A DNA stretch of 64,000 nt from Dehalococcoidia bacterium. Lineage in GTDB: Bacteria > Chloroflexota > Dehalococcoidia > UBA2979. This document shows, one piece after another, positions 10,116 to 20,971 of the stretch. Positions within the stretch are counted from its first letter, which is position 1, and the number at the start of each line of letters is the position of its first letter. The stretch lies in NCBI GenBank assembly GCA_963667465.2, contig CAXXDN010000001.1, forward strand, positions 32,001 through 96,000, in the 5' to 3' direction. The position numbers and the translations under genes are program-made. A model generated the notes under the pieces. The model searched no databases and was not told the origin of the DNA. It saw only the letters and a program-made list of their open reading frames with translations.

Positions 10116-11036
10116 ATGCCGCACACCCTCCTGCTTGCCGAGCCGCGCGGCTTCTGCGCCGGTGTCGTGCGCGCGATCGACATCCTCGACTCTGTGCTCG
10201 ACCGCGAGCCGCCGCCCGTCTACGCCTTCCACGAGATCGTGCACAACCGGCACGTCGTCGACGGCTTCCGCGCCCGCGGCGCGATCTTCGTCGACGCTGT
10301 CGCCGAGGTGCCCGAGGGCTCGCGCATCGTCTTCAGCGCCCACGGCGTCTCGCCCGCCGTGATCGACGAGGCGAAGCGCCGTCACCTGCGCATCATCGAC
10401 GCAACCTGCCCGCTGGTGACCCGTGTGCACCTCGAGACACGCAAGGCCGTCAGCGACGGCTACGACATCCTCCTCGTCGGCCATCGCGGCCACGACGAGA
10501 CCGCCGGCACGCTCGGCCAGGCGCCCGATCGCATGCGGATCGTCGAGGACGCCGGCGAGGTCGCCAGGATCGACCCCGGCGAGCGCCCGGTGTTCGTCGT
10601 CACGCAGACCACGCTCTCAATGGACGACACGGCGAGCACCATCGACGGGATCCGGGCCGTCTACCCCGACGCCGAGGTACGCAACGACATCTGCTACGCC
10701 ACCACCAACCGCCAGCTCGCCGTGCGCGCGATCGCCGAGCGGGCCGACTTGCTGCTCGTCGTCGGCTCGGCAAACTCGAGCAACTCCGTGCGGCTGCGCG
10801 AGGTTGCCGAGGCCGCCGGCGTGACCGCCTACCGGATCGACGGGATCGAGGAGATCGACCCCGCCTGGTACGAGGGTGTCGCTGTCGTGGGCCTCACCGC
10901 GGGGGCCTCTGTCCCCGACGAGCTCCTCAACCCGATCATCGAGGATCTGAAGGCGCGGGGCGTCTCCCGGATCGAGCCCGTCGTCGTCGCCGAGGAGACC
11001 GTGGAGTTTCGGCTGCCGGACGAGCTTGAGGTGTAG
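10116..11036 (+). CDS. ispH: 4-hydroxy-3-methylbut-2-enyl diphosphate reductase, copy 2
   Basis: Same motifs as copy 1; all three Fe-S cysteines retained. Confidence 0.96.
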   Translation: MPHTLLLAEPRGFCAGVVRAIDILDSVLDREPPPVYAFHEIVHNRHVVDGFRARGAIFVDAVAEVPEGSRIVFSAHGVSPAVIDEAKRRHLRIIDATCPLVTRVHLETRKAVSDGYDILLVGHRGHDETAGTLGQAPDRMRIVEDAGEVARIDPGERPVFVVTQTTLSMDDTASTIDGIRAVYPDAEVRNDICYATTNRQLAVRAIAERADLLLVVGSANSSNSVRLREVAEAAGVTAYRIDGIEEIDPAWYEGVAVVGLTAGASVPDELLNPIIEDLKARGVSRIEPVVVAEETVEFRLPDELEV

Positions 11037-11041
11037 CGGAC

Positions 11042-11266
11042 ATGACCTGGGAGAGTTGCGCCGCGGTTGAGCGCCGTCTGGACACCCTCAGCGGGGCATG
11101 GGTGTTCCGCGGTACTCGCGTACCCGTCTCCACGCTCTTCGAGAACCTCAAGGATGGCGCCTCGACGGAGGAGTTCCTGGAGTGGTTCCCCGGCGTCGAG
11201 CGGAGCCACGTGGAGGCTGTCCTCGACCATGAAGTCGAGGGGTTGGCCGGCCCGATTCGTTCGTGA
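11042..11266 (+). CDS. DUF433 family antitoxin
   Basis: SGAWVFRGTRVPV..LFENL..G.S.EEFLEWFPGV. Confidence 0.88.
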   Translation: MTWESCAAVERRLDTLSGAWVFRGTRVPVSTLFENLKDGASTEEFLEWFPGVERSHVEAVLDHEVEGLAGPIRS

Positions 11267-11580
11267 GGATCCTGTTCGACCAGGGTGTACCCGCACCACT
11301 CCGCCAGGGCCTTCCCGGGCATGTGGTCGAGACCGCATTCGAGCGCGGCTGGTCCGACCTGCGCAACAGCGTGTTGCTTCAACGAGCGGAGGATGAGGGC
11401 TACGCGCTTCTGATCACGACCGACCAGAGCCTTCGGCACCAACAGAATCTCGCCGGGAGGAACCTCGGGGTTTTGGTATTGCTCTCAACCTCGTGGCCGC
11501 GCATCCAGTTGCGGGCAGACGACATCAAGGCCGTCGTCGATGTAATGGGCACGGGAGACATTCAGGAGATCAGCATCTGA
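11263..11580 (+). CDS. PIN-like (DUF5615/VapC45-type) toxin
   Basis: MRILFDQGVP...GW...N..LL..AE...LITTDQ.L..QQNL; GTGA overlap with the DUF433 gene. Confidence 0.85.
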   Translation: MRILFDQGVPAPLRQGLPGHVVETAFERGWSDLRNSVLLQRAEDEGYALLITTDQSLRHQQNLAGRNLGVLVLLSTSWPRIQLRADDIKAVVDVMGTGDIQEISI

Positions 11581-11651
11581 AGTGAGTTCGACGACAACCG
11601 CTCGTCGTCGGCTCGGCAACGGTCACCCGGAACATCGCGAGGAAGGGTCAC
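11562..11651 (-). pseudogene. HicA-type toxin N-terminal remnant
   Basis: GTG overlapping the antitoxin stop reads MTLPRDVPGD (HicA-like start), then degenerates and stops after 29 codons. Confidence 0.5.
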
Positions 11652-11860
11652 GCCGGAATGAGTTCGTCTCGCACCAGCTGGAGCCGGATCGCGCGAGGCC
11701 GATCGGGGTCGTCCTCGTCGAAGTGGGTACGAACGGCGTCGCGCGTCATCACGCGGAGTTCTTCGAAGGTGTCGGCCTCGGTGAAAATCGAGTACCCGAG
11801 CGCGCGGGCGGTGTAGCCGCCCTCCGGCGCTTCCTCGACCTCGAAGATGATCTCGCTCAT
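11648..11860 (-). CDS. small HicB-like antitoxin
   Basis: EIIFEVEEAPEGGYTARALGYSIFTEADT.EEL...RDAV..HF; RBS and TATACT upstream. Confidence 0.8.
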   Translation of the reverse strand: MSEIIFEVEEAPEGGYTARALGYSIFTEADTFEELRVMTRDAVRTHFDEDDPDRPRAIRLQLVRDELIPA

Positions 11861-11878
11861 CGGTCTCCCTGCCCCGAG

Positions 11879-11884
11879 AGTATA
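11879..11884 (-). promoter_or_regulatory. putative -10 box TATACT for the HicB-like gene
   Basis: agtata on + strand, 18 nt before the ATG. Confidence 0.5.
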
Positions 11885-12066
11885 GCGCGGCCCCGGGCGC
11901 TTCCGGGATCTTCGCCGTGGCGGTCAGCCTCACGGGGCGCCGCTCGTCGACGTTGTCCATTGCCACGAGCGACTCGGAGACGAGCGTCACTGGCCGGCCC
12001 GGTCTAGAGTGATCGCCGTCCAGCTCGCCTGCGCCGGCGAGCGTCGGAAGGAAGAGAGCAGTCAGG

Positions 12067-13128
12067 ATGAGATCACGAGCCGCGATCCTGACGAGCGCCG
12101 ACGCGCCGATCCGCATCGAGGAAGTGGAGCTCGGCGACCCGGCGCCGGGCGACGTGCTCGTGCGGATGTCCGCGACCGGTGTCTGCCACTCCGACCTGCA
12201 CTACCTGCGCGGCTACCGCGAGGTGACGGCCCCGACACTGCTGGGCCACGAGGGCACGGGCGAGGTCATCGCCGTCGGCGAGGGCGTCTCGCACCTCGTG
12301 CCCGGTGATCGCATCGTCACCTCGCTTGTGCCGCGAGACGGCGATCCCGCCGGCTCGGGCACGCCGTGGTCGGACAGCTCGGTGACATGGCGCGGCGAGG
12401 AACTCGACGGCCACAAGAACAACATCTACACGTGGGCCGAGCACGCGCTGCTCAACGCCGAGTTCATGGTGAAGGTGCCGGCCGACACGCCTCTGGACGT
12501 GGTCGCGCCCCTCGGCTGCGGCGCGCTCACGGGCGCCGGGACGGTGCTCAACGCGCTGGACGCGCAGCCGGGCCGATCGGGCGCCGTGTTCGGCGCCGGC
12601 GGCGTCGGCCTCTCGGCCATCGCCGCGCTGCGCGTGCGAGGCTGCGACCCGATCATCGCCGTCGACCTCTCGGACGAGAAGCTCGAGTTCGCGCGCCGCT
12701 TCGGGGCGACCGAGGTCGTCAACGCCAGCGAGGGAGACCCGGCCAGGCTGGTCCGCGAGCTGAGCGGCGGCGGTGTCGACTACGCGATCGACGCGATCGG
12801 CGCGCGCGGGACCACGGAGCAGATCGTCAAGGCGGTGAAGCGCCGCCGTGGCGCCGAGCGCGGGGGCACCGCCGCGATGCTCGCCACCGGCAACATGGTG
12901 CGCGTGCCGACCGGCGAGATGGTCACGGGTCAGAAGTCGCTGATCGGCGTCCTGCTCGGCTCTGCCGTGCCGGAGCGCGACGTGCCCGAGCTCCTGCGCT
13001 GGCACCGCGAGGGCATGTTCGACCTCGACGCGCTCGTGACGGAGCGCTATGCGCTCGACGAGATCAACGAGGCGACAAGCCGGCTCGATCGCGGCGAGGT
13101 CTTCGGCCGCGGCATCGTCGTCTTCTAG
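12067..13128 (+). CDS. Zn-dependent alcohol dehydrogenase family protein
   Basis: GVCHSD, GHEG, LGCG, GAGGVG; lacks the structural-Zn four-Cys loop. Confidence 0.92.
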   Translation: MRSRAAILTSADAPIRIEEVELGDPAPGDVLVRMSATGVCHSDLHYLRGYREVTAPTLLGHEGTGEVIAVGEGVSHLVPGDRIVTSLVPRDGDPAGSGTPWSDSSVTWRGEELDGHKNNIYTWAEHALLNAEFMVKVPADTPLDVVAPLGCGALTGAGTVLNALDAQPGRSGAVFGAGGVGLSAIAALRVRGCDPIIAVDLSDEKLEFARRFGATEVVNASEGDPARLVRELSGGGVDYAIDAIGARGTTEQIVKAVKRRRGAERGGTAAMLATGNMVRVPTGEMVTGQKSLIGVLLGSAVPERDVPELLRWHREGMFDLDALVTERYALDEINEATSRLDRGEVFGRGIVVF

Positions 13129-13529
13129 CCCCCCGCCGGCGGCGGCGCGACGCGCACCGAGGCGCGGGTCACCTCGGTACCGTTGATCACGAGGTGGAAC
13201 GAGTGATCGCCGTAGGCGGGGAAGTTCACGCCGACGAGGTTCACCAGCACGCGCGCCGTGCCGCTCGTGCCGCCGCTCACCGGCGGCAACGGCATCTCGC
13301 CCTGGATGCGATCGATGATCTGCTGGCCGTCGGCGTCGTAGCCGCTGACCTCGAGGCGGTGCGAGCCCGCCTCGGCGACCGAGTAGCGGATCTGCGCGAC
13401 CATCGTGAGCAGCGGGTGGCGGGTCGGCACATCGGCGGCGTGGATCGTGTCCACGCCGATGCCGAGCGCGTGCAGCTTCCCGCCGGACTCCTCGGCGAAG
13501 TCGCTGAGGAAGGCGAACTCCAGGTCCAT
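13125..13529 (-). CDS. conserved hypothetical beta-sandwich protein (DUF6941-like)
   Basis: MDLEFAFLSDFAEESGGKLHALGIG...FPAYGDHSFHLVING; AAGGA RBS; last gene of the PDH operon. Confidence 0.7.
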   Translation of the reverse strand: MDLEFAFLSDFAEESGGKLHALGIGVDTIHAADVPTRHPLLTMVAQIRYSVAEAGSHRLEVSGYDADGQQIIDRIQGEMPLPPVSGGTSGTARVLVNLVGVNFPAYGDHSFHLVINGTEVTRASVRVAPPPAGG

Positions 13530-13534
13530 CGTCG

Positions 13535-14971
13535 TCAGTTCCTTTCGTGGCCGCGCCGCCGCCCGATGTAGTCGGGACTGCGGCCATAGAAGGCGGCGGC
13601 GGCGTTCATCAGCGTCTCGCCGAGCGTGGGGTGCGGGTGGATGGTCAGCTCGAGGTCCTGCACCACGGCCCCCATCTCGATCGCCAGAGCGGCCTCCGAG
13701 ATCAGGTCGCCCGCCCCCACGCCGACGATGCCCACGCCGAGCACCCGATCGGTGTGCGGCTCGACGACGAGCTTGGTCGCGCCGTCGGTGCGGCCCAGCG
13801 TCGTCGCGCGGCCGGAGGCGGCCCACGGCAGCGTCGCGGTCTGCACCTCGATGCGCTGGTCCGCCGCCTCCGTCTCGGTCAGCCCGACCCAGGCGATCTC
13901 CGGGTCCGTGTAGACCACCGCAGGGATCACGCGCGCGTCCCAGACCAGCGGCCTCCCCGCGATCGCCTCGACGGCGACGCTGGCCTCGTGCGTGGCCTTG
14001 TGCGCGAGCATCGGCTCCCCCGCCACGTCGCCGATCGCGAAGATCGCCGGGTCCGCGCTGCGGCGCTGCATGTCCACCTCGACGAAGCCGCGCGCGTCGA
14101 GCTTCGCGCCTGTTTGCGCCAGGCCGAGGCCGGCGCTGTTCGGGCGGCGCCCGACGGCGACCAGCACCTGCTCGAACAGCTCCTCCGTGGGCTCGCCGTC
14201 GGAGCCGCCGAGGCGGCCCAGCACGCCGCCCTCCGCCTCCTCCATCGAGAGCACTGTCGTCTCCAGCCGGATCGCCTCGAAGTTGCGCCGCAGGCGGCGC
14301 TGCAATGTGCGCACGAGGTCGCGATCGACGCCGGGCAGCAGCCCGTTCGTCATCTCGACGACGGTGACGCGAGCGCCGAGCGCAGCGTAGACGCTGCCGA
14401 GCTCGAGCCCGATGTAGCCGCCGCCGATGACGAGCAGCGTCGCCGGCACGCGCTCCAGCTCCAGCGCCGAGGTGGAATCCAGCACCAGCGGCGAGTCCAG
14501 CGCGAGGCTCGGGACCGTCGCCGGGACGGAGCCGGTTGCGACGATCGCGTACTCGAAGCCAATCGTGCGCGGCTCGCCCTCGGCCGGGGTCACCTCGACG
14601 GAGCGCGGGCCGTTGAAGCGGGCGCGCCCGCTCACGAACTCGACGCCGTGCTGCTTCGTCAGCTGGCCGAGCCCGCCGGTCAGGCGGTTGACCACGCCCT
14701 GCTTCCACTGCCGCAACCTGTCGAGGTCGATCGAGGGCGGCCCGTAGCTGACGCCCCAGTCCTCGGCCTGCTTCGCCTCCTCGAGCTGCGCGGCGACGTG
14801 CAGCAGCGCCTTGGAGGGGATGCAGCCGCGGTAGAGACAGACGCCGCCGGGGTTCGGCGCGTCGTCGATCAGCGTGACCTTCATCCCCATGTCGGCCGCG
14901 AGGAACGCCGCCGGGTAGCCCCCCGGCCCCCCGCCGATCACGACCAGATCGCTGCCGCCGTCAGCCACCAT
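13535..14971 (-). CDS. lpdA: dihydrolipoyl dehydrogenase (E3)
   Basis: GGGPGG, GGVCLYRGCIPSK, GGGYIG, HPHPTLGE. Confidence 0.96.
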   Translation of the reverse strand: MVADGGSDLVVIGGGPGGYPAAFLAADMGMKVTLIDDAPNPGGVCLYRGCIPSKALLHVAAQLEEAKQAEDWGVSYGPPSIDLDRLRQWKQGVVNRLTGGLGQLTKQHGVEFVSGRARFNGPRSVEVTPAEGEPRTIGFEYAIVATGSVPATVPSLALDSPLVLDSTSALELERVPATLLVIGGGYIGLELGSVYAALGARVTVVEMTNGLLPGVDRDLVRTLQRRLRRNFEAIRLETTVLSMEEAEGGVLGRLGGSDGEPTEELFEQVLVAVGRRPNSAGLGLAQTGAKLDARGFVEVDMQRRSADPAIFAIGDVAGEPMLAHKATHEASVAVEAIAGRPLVWDARVIPAVVYTDPEIAWVGLTETEAADQRIEVQTATLPWAASGRATTLGRTDGATKLVVEPHTDRVLGVGIVGVGAGDLISEAALAIEMGAVVQDLELTIHPHPTLGETLMNAAAAFYGRSPDYIGRRRGHERN

Positions 14972-16350
14972 CAGCCCTCCGATCCTGGCTCGGTCTCCGG
15001 GAACTCCTCGAGCATGTAGGGCCGCGGCTGTTCCAGTGTCTCGCAGATCCAGGCGAGGGCGCGCGCACCGTCGGCGCCGTCGATCAGCCGGTGGTCGAAG
15101 TTGATCGCCAGCGGCATGCGCAGCCGCGGCTCGAACTCGCTGCCGGTCCAGACCGGCTCCTGCTCCGCCCTCCCGACGGCGAGGATCCCGACCTGCGGCG
15201 GCAGCAGCACGGCGTTGAAGAAGCCGATCCCCATCCCCCCGAGGTTCGAGATCGTGAACGTCCCGCCTCGCAGGTCCTCGAGCGTGCTCTTGCGATCGCG
15301 CGCCCGCCCGATCAGCTCGCCGATCTCGATTGAGAGCTCGGTAATGCTCTTCTCGTCGGCGTTGCGTACGACGGGGACGATCAGGCCGTGGTCCGTGTCC
15401 GTTGCGACGCCGACGTGGACGTAGCGGCGGTAGACGATCTCCTCGCTCGCCACGTCGATCGAGGCGTTGAGCCGCGGGAACTCGCGCAGCGCCCCGGCGA
15501 CGACCTTCATCAGGATCGGCATCATCGTCAGCTGGCCGCCGGCGGCGGCGATGCGCTCGCGGTTGGCGCGGCGGATCGCCTCGAGCTCGGTGACGTCGGC
15601 CTTGCGCTGCAGCATCACGTGCGGGCTCTGCGACCAGGACTGGCTGAGCGTGCGCGCGGTCGTGCGCCGCACGCCGCTCATCCGCTCGCGGTCGACCTCG
15701 CCGAACTGCGAGAGGTCGGGCAGCGCGGTGGGCGGGGGCGCGGCGCCCCGTCGCGGCGCCTCGGGCGCACCGGGCGTGGCCGCCGCAGTCGCCTCGCTAC
15801 GCATCACCCGGGCGTGCGCCTTCACATCGTCGATCGAGACGCGCCCGCCCGGACCGCTGCCCGTCACCTCGCCGAGCGCCACGCCGATCTCGCGCGCGAA
15901 CATCCGCACCGAGGGCGAGGCGGGCACGAGGCCGCCGTCGGAAGGCAGCACGGGCGTAGCCGCTGCCGCTGGTCTCGCGGATGCGGCGGCGGGAGGCGCC
16001 GGGGCCGGTGTGGTCGGTGTGGGGGGAGGCGGCGGCGCAGCCGGCTCGCTGGCGGGTGGCGCGCTCGCGGCGGGCGCCTGTGGCGCGGCCGGCGAGGACG
16101 GCTTGACGCCCTCCTCGGCCTCGATCGCGACGATCGCCTGCCCCGGGCGGATCGTGTCGCCGACGCTGACATGGACGGCGGTGATCGCCCCCGCGTAGGG
16201 CGCGGGCACGTCGAGGTTCGCCTTCTCCGTCTCGACCTCGATCACGGGCGCGTCGCGCTCGACGCGGTCGCCCGCGTGGACGTGCACCGCGATCACCTCG
16301 GCCTCTTCGATGTCCTCGCCGAGGTCGGGCAGCAGATAGTCCGTGGCCAT
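14971..16350 (-). CDS. aceF: pyruvate dehydrogenase E2 acetyltransferase
   Basis: Single lipoyl domain ETEKA, Pro/Ala linker, ASPSVR E3-binding domain, DHRLIDG. Confidence 0.92.
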   Translation of the reverse strand: MATDYLLPDLGEDIEEAEVIAVHVHAGDRVERDAPVIEVETEKANLDVPAPYAGAITAVHVSVGDTIRPGQAIVAIEAEEGVKPSSPAAPQAPAASAPPASEPAAPPPPPTPTTPAPAPPAAASARPAAAATPVLPSDGGLVPASPSVRMFAREIGVALGEVTGSGPGGRVSIDDVKAHARVMRSEATAAATPGAPEAPRRGAAPPPTALPDLSQFGEVDRERMSGVRRTTARTLSQSWSQSPHVMLQRKADVTELEAIRRANRERIAAAGGQLTMMPILMKVVAGALREFPRLNASIDVASEEIVYRRYVHVGVATDTDHGLIVPVVRNADEKSITELSIEIGELIGRARDRKSTLEDLRGGTFTISNLGGMGIGFFNAVLLPPQVGILAVGRAEQEPVWTGSEFEPRLRMPLAINFDHRLIDGADGARALAWICETLEQPRPYMLEEFPETEPGSEG

Positions 16351-16384
16351 GCGTCCTCCTGCAGCCCGTCGGGCGGCGCGTCGC

Positions 16385-19123
16385 TCAGACGAGCCGCGGG
16401 TTGACCTTCTCCGGGTCGATGTCGAGTTCCTCGATCGCCTGCTTCGGCACGCCTGCGGGGATCACTCCGTCGAGGGCGAGCGCGTGCAGCGCGGCGAGCG
16501 CGATGTGCTTCGCGTCCACCTCGAAGAAGTCGCGCAGCACCTCGCGAGTCTCGCTGCGCCCGAAGCCGTCCGTGCCGAGCGAGACGAGGCGGCCGGGCAG
16601 CCACTTGGCGACGGCGTCCGGCAGCGACTTGAGGTAGTCCGTCGCGGCAACGAACGGCCCCTCCGCGTCCGCGGTGACCTCGGCGAGATAGGAGCGCCGC
16701 GGCGGCTCGTCCGGGTGCAGCATGTTCCAGCGATCGGCGTCCATGGCGTCGCGGCGCAGCTCGCTGTAGCTGGTCACGGACCAGACGTCGGCGGCGACGC
16801 CGTAGCGCTCGCCCAGCAACTCCTGCGCGGCGACGACCTCGTTGAGGATCGCGCCGCTGCCGAAGAGCTGGACGCGCGGGCCGCGTCCCGCGGAACGGTT
16901 CAGCCGGTAGCTGCCGCGGATCACGCCCTCGGCCGCGTCCTCCGGCTGCTCGGGCTGCGGGTACGCCTCGTTGGTGACGGTCAGGTAGTAGAAGACGGGG
17001 TCCTGCAACTCGTGCATGCGGCGGATGCCCTCGCGCACGATCAGCGCCACCTCGTAGGCGTAGGCCGGGTCGTAGCTGAGCAGGTTCGGGACCACCGAGG
17101 AGAGTACGTGGCTGTGCCCGTCCTGGTGCTGCAACCCCTCGCCCTGCAGCGTGGTACGGCCCGCCGTCGCGCCTACCAGGAAGCCGCGCGTGCGTGAGTC
17201 GGCGGCCGCCCAGATCAGATCGCCCACGCGCTGGAAACCGAACATCGAGTAGAAGATGAAGAACGGCAGCGTGCACGCCCCATGCACCGCCGAGGCCGTC
17301 CCGGCAGCGATGAACGAGGCCAGCGACCCGGCCTCGGTGATGCCTTCCTCGAGGATCTGACCGTCGGTCGTCTCCTTGTAGTAGATCAGGCTGTCGGCAT
17401 CGACAGGCTCGTAGAGCTGGCCGACGTGCGAGTAGATGCCGGCCTCGCGGAACAGCGTCTCCATGCCGAAGGTACGGGCCTCGTCGGGAACGATCGGCAC
17501 GATCAGGTCGCCCACCGTCTCGTCGCGCAGCAGCCGCGAGAGCAGCCGCACGAACGCGAGCGTGGTCGAGACCTCGCGGCCCCCGGAGCCACCGCTGAAC
17601 TCCTCGAAGACCGACTCCGCCGGCGACATCCCGGCGCAGGAGATGGTGCGCCGCAGCGGCAGGAAACCGCCGAGGGCCTGGCGGCGCTGCTGCAGGTAGC
17701 GCGCCTCCGGGCTGTCCTCGCCGGGGCGGTAGAGCGGCGCGTGCACGACTTCCTCGTCGCTGAGCGGGATCGCGAAGCGGTCGCGGAAGTGCATCAGCTC
17801 GTCTTCGTTGAGCTTCTTCTGCTGGTGGGTGATGTTCTTGCCCTCGCCCGCCTCGCCGAGGCCGTAGCCCTTGATCGTGCGCGCGAGGATGACGGTCGGG
17901 CCGCCTTCGTGGCGCACCGCCGCGTGGTAGGCGGCGTGGACCTTGGCCGGGTCGTGCCCACCGAGGCGCATCGACCACAGTTCGTCGTCGCTCATGTGCT
18001 GCACCAGCTGCAGCAGGCGCGGATCGACGCCGTAGAAGTGCTCGCGGATGTAGGCGCCGCCGGCGACGGTGTACTTCTGGTACTCGCCGTCGACGACCTC
18101 GCCCATGCGCTTGGCCAGCAGGCCCTGGTCGTCGCGGGCCAGCAGCTCATCCCACTCGGCGCCCCACAGCACCTTGATCACGTTCCAGCCGGCGCCGCGG
18201 AAGACGGCCTCCAGCTCCTGGACAATCTGGCCGTTGCCGCGCACCGGGCCATCGAGGCGCTGCAGGTTGCAGTTGATCACGAAGATCAGGTTGTCGAGCT
18301 GCTCGCGCGCCGCCAGCGAGATCGCGCCCAGCGCCTCAGGCTCGTCCGTTTCGCCGTCGCCGAGGAAGACCCAGACCTTCGCGTCCGTCGGCTCCTTCAG
18401 CCCGCGATCGACGAGGTAGCGCATGAACCGCGCCTGGTAGATCCCCATCAGCGGGGCGAGGCCCATCGAGACGGTCGGGAACTTCCAGAAGTCCTCCATC
18501 AGCCAGGGGTGCGGGTACGAGGGCAGCCCGCCGCCCTCGGCCAGCTCGCGGCGGAAGTTGCGCACCAGCTCCTCGCTGATCCGCCCCTCCAGGTAGGCGC
18601 GTCCGTAGATGCCGGGCGAGGCGTGGCCCTGGATGTAGATCAGGTCGCCCCCGCTCGGGTCGTTCGCGCCGCGGAAGAAGTGGTGGAAGCCGACCTCGTA
18701 GAGCGTCGCTGCCGAGGCGTAGGTGGAGATGTGACCGCCGATGCCGTCCGCCTTGTTGTTGGCGTCGACGACCATCGCCATCGCATTCCAGCGCACAAAG
18801 CTCTTGATCCGCTGCTCGAGGTGGCGGTTGCCCGGGTAGGCGGGCTCACGCCCCACCGGAATCGTGTTGACGTACGGAGTGCGCGAGGTGACCGGCAGTG
18901 GCGCCATCTCCTTCTGCGCCTCCAGCTGCAGATCCTGTAGCAGCTCCGCGACGCGCTCCGGGCCGCGCCGGAAGAAGACCTCGTGCAGCGACTGGCGCCA
19001 CTCCTCGGTCTCGATCGCGTCGAGCTCGGCCTCGAGCGCGGCGCGCGCGGCCTCGAGGTCCGCGCCGTTGCCGTCAGGCGCGAGCTGCCCGCCGGCCTGG
19101 GTGGGTACGGCTTCGATGGTCAC
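16385..19123 (-). CDS. aceE: pyruvate dehydrogenase E1, homodimeric type
   Basis: [44 protein letters not shown]; GTG start overlaps the lipA stop. Confidence 0.96.
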   Translation of the reverse strand: MTIEAVPTQAGGQLAPDGNGADLEAARAALEAELDAIETEEWRQSLHEVFFRRGPERVAELLQDLQLEAQKEMAPLPVTSRTPYVNTIPVGREPAYPGNRHLEQRIKSFVRWNAMAMVVDANNKADGIGGHISTYASAATLYEVGFHHFFRGANDPSGGDLIYIQGHASPGIYGRAYLEGRISEELVRNFRRELAEGGGLPSYPHPWLMEDFWKFPTVSMGLAPLMGIYQARFMRYLVDRGLKEPTDAKVWVFLGDGETDEPEALGAISLAAREQLDNLIFVINCNLQRLDGPVRGNGQIVQELEAVFRGAGWNVIKVLWGAEWDELLARDDQGLLAKRMGEVVDGEYQKYTVAGGAYIREHFYGVDPRLLQLVQHMSDDELWSMRLGGHDPAKVHAAYHAAVRHEGGPTVILARTIKGYGLGEAGEGKNITHQQKKLNEDELMHFRDRFAIPLSDEEVVHAPLYRPGEDSPEARYLQQRRQALGGFLPLRRTISCAGMSPAESVFEEFSGGSGGREVSTTLAFVRLLSRLLRDETVGDLIVPIVPDEARTFGMETLFREAGIYSHVGQLYEPVDADSLIYYKETTDGQILEEGITEAGSLASFIAAGTASAVHGACTLPFFIFYSMFGFQRVGDLIWAAADSRTRGFLVGATAGRTTLQGEGLQHQDGHSHVLSSVVPNLLSYDPAYAYEVALIVREGIRRMHELQDPVFYYLTVTNEAYPQPEQPEDAAEGVIRGSYRLNRSAGRGPRVQLFGSGAILNEVVAAQELLGERYGVAADVWSVTSYSELRRDAMDADRWNMLHPDEPPRRSYLAEVTADAEGPFVAATDYLKSLPDAVAKWLPGRLVSLGTDGFGRSETREVLRDFFEVDAKHIALAALHALALDGVIPAGVPKQAIEELDIDPEKVNPRLV

Positions 19124-20052
19124 GGCGTATCGCCCTTCCCCGCCGGCGCGGCCCCGGAGGCCTGCTCGGCGGCGTGGTAGGAGCTGCGCACCAGCGGTCC
19201 GCACTCGGCGTGCCGGAAGCCGATGGCGTGCGCGTAGTCCGCGATCTCGGCGAACTCGTCCGGGTGCCAGAAGCGCTTGACCGGCAGGTGCTTCAGCGAG
19301 GGCCGCAGGTACTGCCCCACGGTCAGCAGGTCGCAGCCGTGCTCGCGCAGGTCGTCCAGCACCTGCTTCACCTCGTCCAGCGTCTCGCCGAGGCCGACCA
19401 TGATGCCGGACTTGGTTGTCAGCTCCGGGTCGATCTCCTTGACGCGGCGGATCAGCTCGAGCGAGCGCCGGTAGCGCGCCTTCGGGCGCACCCGCCGGTA
19501 GAGCCGCGGCACCGTCTCCGTGTTGTGGTTGAGCACCACCGGCTGCGCCTCGATCACGGTCGCGAGGGCGTCCCGATTGCCCTCGAAGTCCGGGATCAGC
19601 ACCTCCACCTGCGTCTCCGGCAGGCGCCGGCGGATCGCACGGATGCAGCCGGCGAAGACCTCCGCGCCGCCGTCCGGCAGGTCGTCGCGATTGACCGAGG
19701 TGATCACGACGTAGTCGAGGCCCAGCCGCTCGACGGCCTGCGCCAGCCGGAACGGCTCCAGCAGGTCGAGACCCTCGGGGCGGCCGGAGGTGACGTCGCA
19801 GAAGCCGCAGGCGCGCGTGCAGACATCGCCGAGGATCATGAAGGTGGCGGTCCCGGCGTTGAAGCACTCGCCGATGTTCGGGCAGCGCGCCTCCTCGCAG
19901 ACGGTGTGCAGCTCGTTCTCGCGCAGCAGCGACTTGATCTCGGAGAAGCGCTCGCCCGCGGGGAAGCGCGCCTTCAGCCAGCGCGGCTTGCGCGGGAACG
20001 GCTTTTCCATCAGCGGGGCCACTCCGCCGCCCGCGGCGCCGCGCGAGCTCAC
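19120..20052 (-). CDS. lipA: lipoyl synthase
   Basis: [26 protein letters not shown]; alternative start ATG at 20010. Confidence 0.96.
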   Translation of the reverse strand: MSSRGAAGGGVAPLMEKPFPRKPRWLKARFPAGERFSEIKSLLRENELHTVCEEARCPNIGECFNAGTATFMILGDVCTRACGFCDVTSGRPEGLDLLEPFRLAQAVERLGLDYVVITSVNRDDLPDGGAEVFAGCIRAIRRRLPETQVEVLIPDFEGNRDALATVIEAQPVVLNHNTETVPRLYRRVRPKARYRRSLELIRRVKEIDPELTTKSGIMVGLGETLDEVKQVLDDLREHGCDLLTVGQYLRPSLKHLPVKRFWHPDEFAEIADYAHAIGFRHAECGPLVRSSYHAAEQASGAAPAGKGDTP

Positions 20053-20792
20053 GACGCCGCTCCCGCCGCCGCCGGCACGGGCGCGCCCTCTGCCCACGAC
20101 GCCACGATCAGCGTGCAGCCGAACTCGCGCTCGAAGGCCTCGGCGAGCGCGTCTTCGACCTCCTGCAGCGCGGGCGCATCGCCAAGCAGCCGCTCCAGCG
20201 AGGTGGCCTCGATGTCCGGGATGCCGCAGGGGACGATCCGTGCGAACCACTCGAGGCCGGTCGAGACGTTGAGGGCGAGGCCGTGGCTGCTGACACCGCG
20301 GCTGACGCGGACGCCGACGGCGCCAAGCTTCGCGCCGTCCACCCACACGCCGGGGCGACCTCGCACCCGCTCGGCCTGTACGCCGAAGCGCGCGGCCGCC
20401 TCGATCATGATCGCCTCGAGGGCGCGGACGTAGCTCGCCACGCCCATGCCGCGCCCGCGCAGGTTGAGAATCGGATAGGCGACGAGCTGGCCCGGGCCAT
20501 GGAAGGTCACGTTGCCGCCGCGGTCGGTCTGGACCACCTCCGCGCCAAACGCGGCCAGCGCCTGCGGCGAGGCGAGCAGGTGGCTGTCGTCGCCGCGCGC
20601 GCCGAGCGTGTAAACCGGCGGGTGTTGCAACAACGCGAGCGCCTCGCCCTCGCTGCCCGCGTACAGGGCGGCGGCGCGGGCGTGCTGCCACTCCAGCGCA
20701 CGCCCGTACTCGACGAGTCCGGGACGCCAGAGGCCCACGACGCCCTCGGGGCGCTCATCGGGCAGCTGCCGGGCGTCTGCCGGAAGGGTCAT
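20049..20792 (-). CDS. lipB: octanoyltransferase
   Basis: [38 protein letters not shown]. Confidence 0.95.
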   Translation of the reverse strand: MTLPADARQLPDERPEGVVGLWRPGLVEYGRALEWQHARAAALYAGSEGEALALLQHPPVYTLGARGDDSHLLASPQALAAFGAEVVQTDRGGNVTFHGPGQLVAYPILNLRGRGMGVASYVRALEAIMIEAAARFGVQAERVRGRPGVWVDGAKLGAVGVRVSRGVSSHGLALNVSTGLEWFARIVPCGIPDIEATSLERLLGDAPALQEVEDALAEAFEREFGCTLIVASWAEGAPVPAAAGAAS

Positions 20793-20858
20793 GGCGTACC
20801 CCGCCTGTATCCGCCTGCTCCGCGGCGGGAGGCCGCAAGTCACGCAGGCGACCGTTCC

Positions 20859-20921
20859 AGTATATGAACAGCACAGGGAGCTGCGCAGGCGGCGTCTGCC
20901 GATCGCAGCGTCCGCTATGCT
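20859..20921. promoter_or_regulatory. divergent -10 boxes: TATACT (- strand, 20859-20864) and TATGCT (+ strand, 20916-20921)
   Basis: Hexamers in the lipB/MBL divergent intergenic region. Confidence 0.4.
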
Positions 20922-20971
20922 CCGAGGCGATCGGCGCGCCGACGCGCGCCCCGACGCAAGGCGAGGAAGCG

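Noticed and set aside
19124-19867. Apparent long N-terminal extensions of aceE (and of lipA, DUF6941-like and XDH ORFs)
   Set aside because: Extensions overlap upstream genes in another frame; coupled or RBS-supported starts lie downstream
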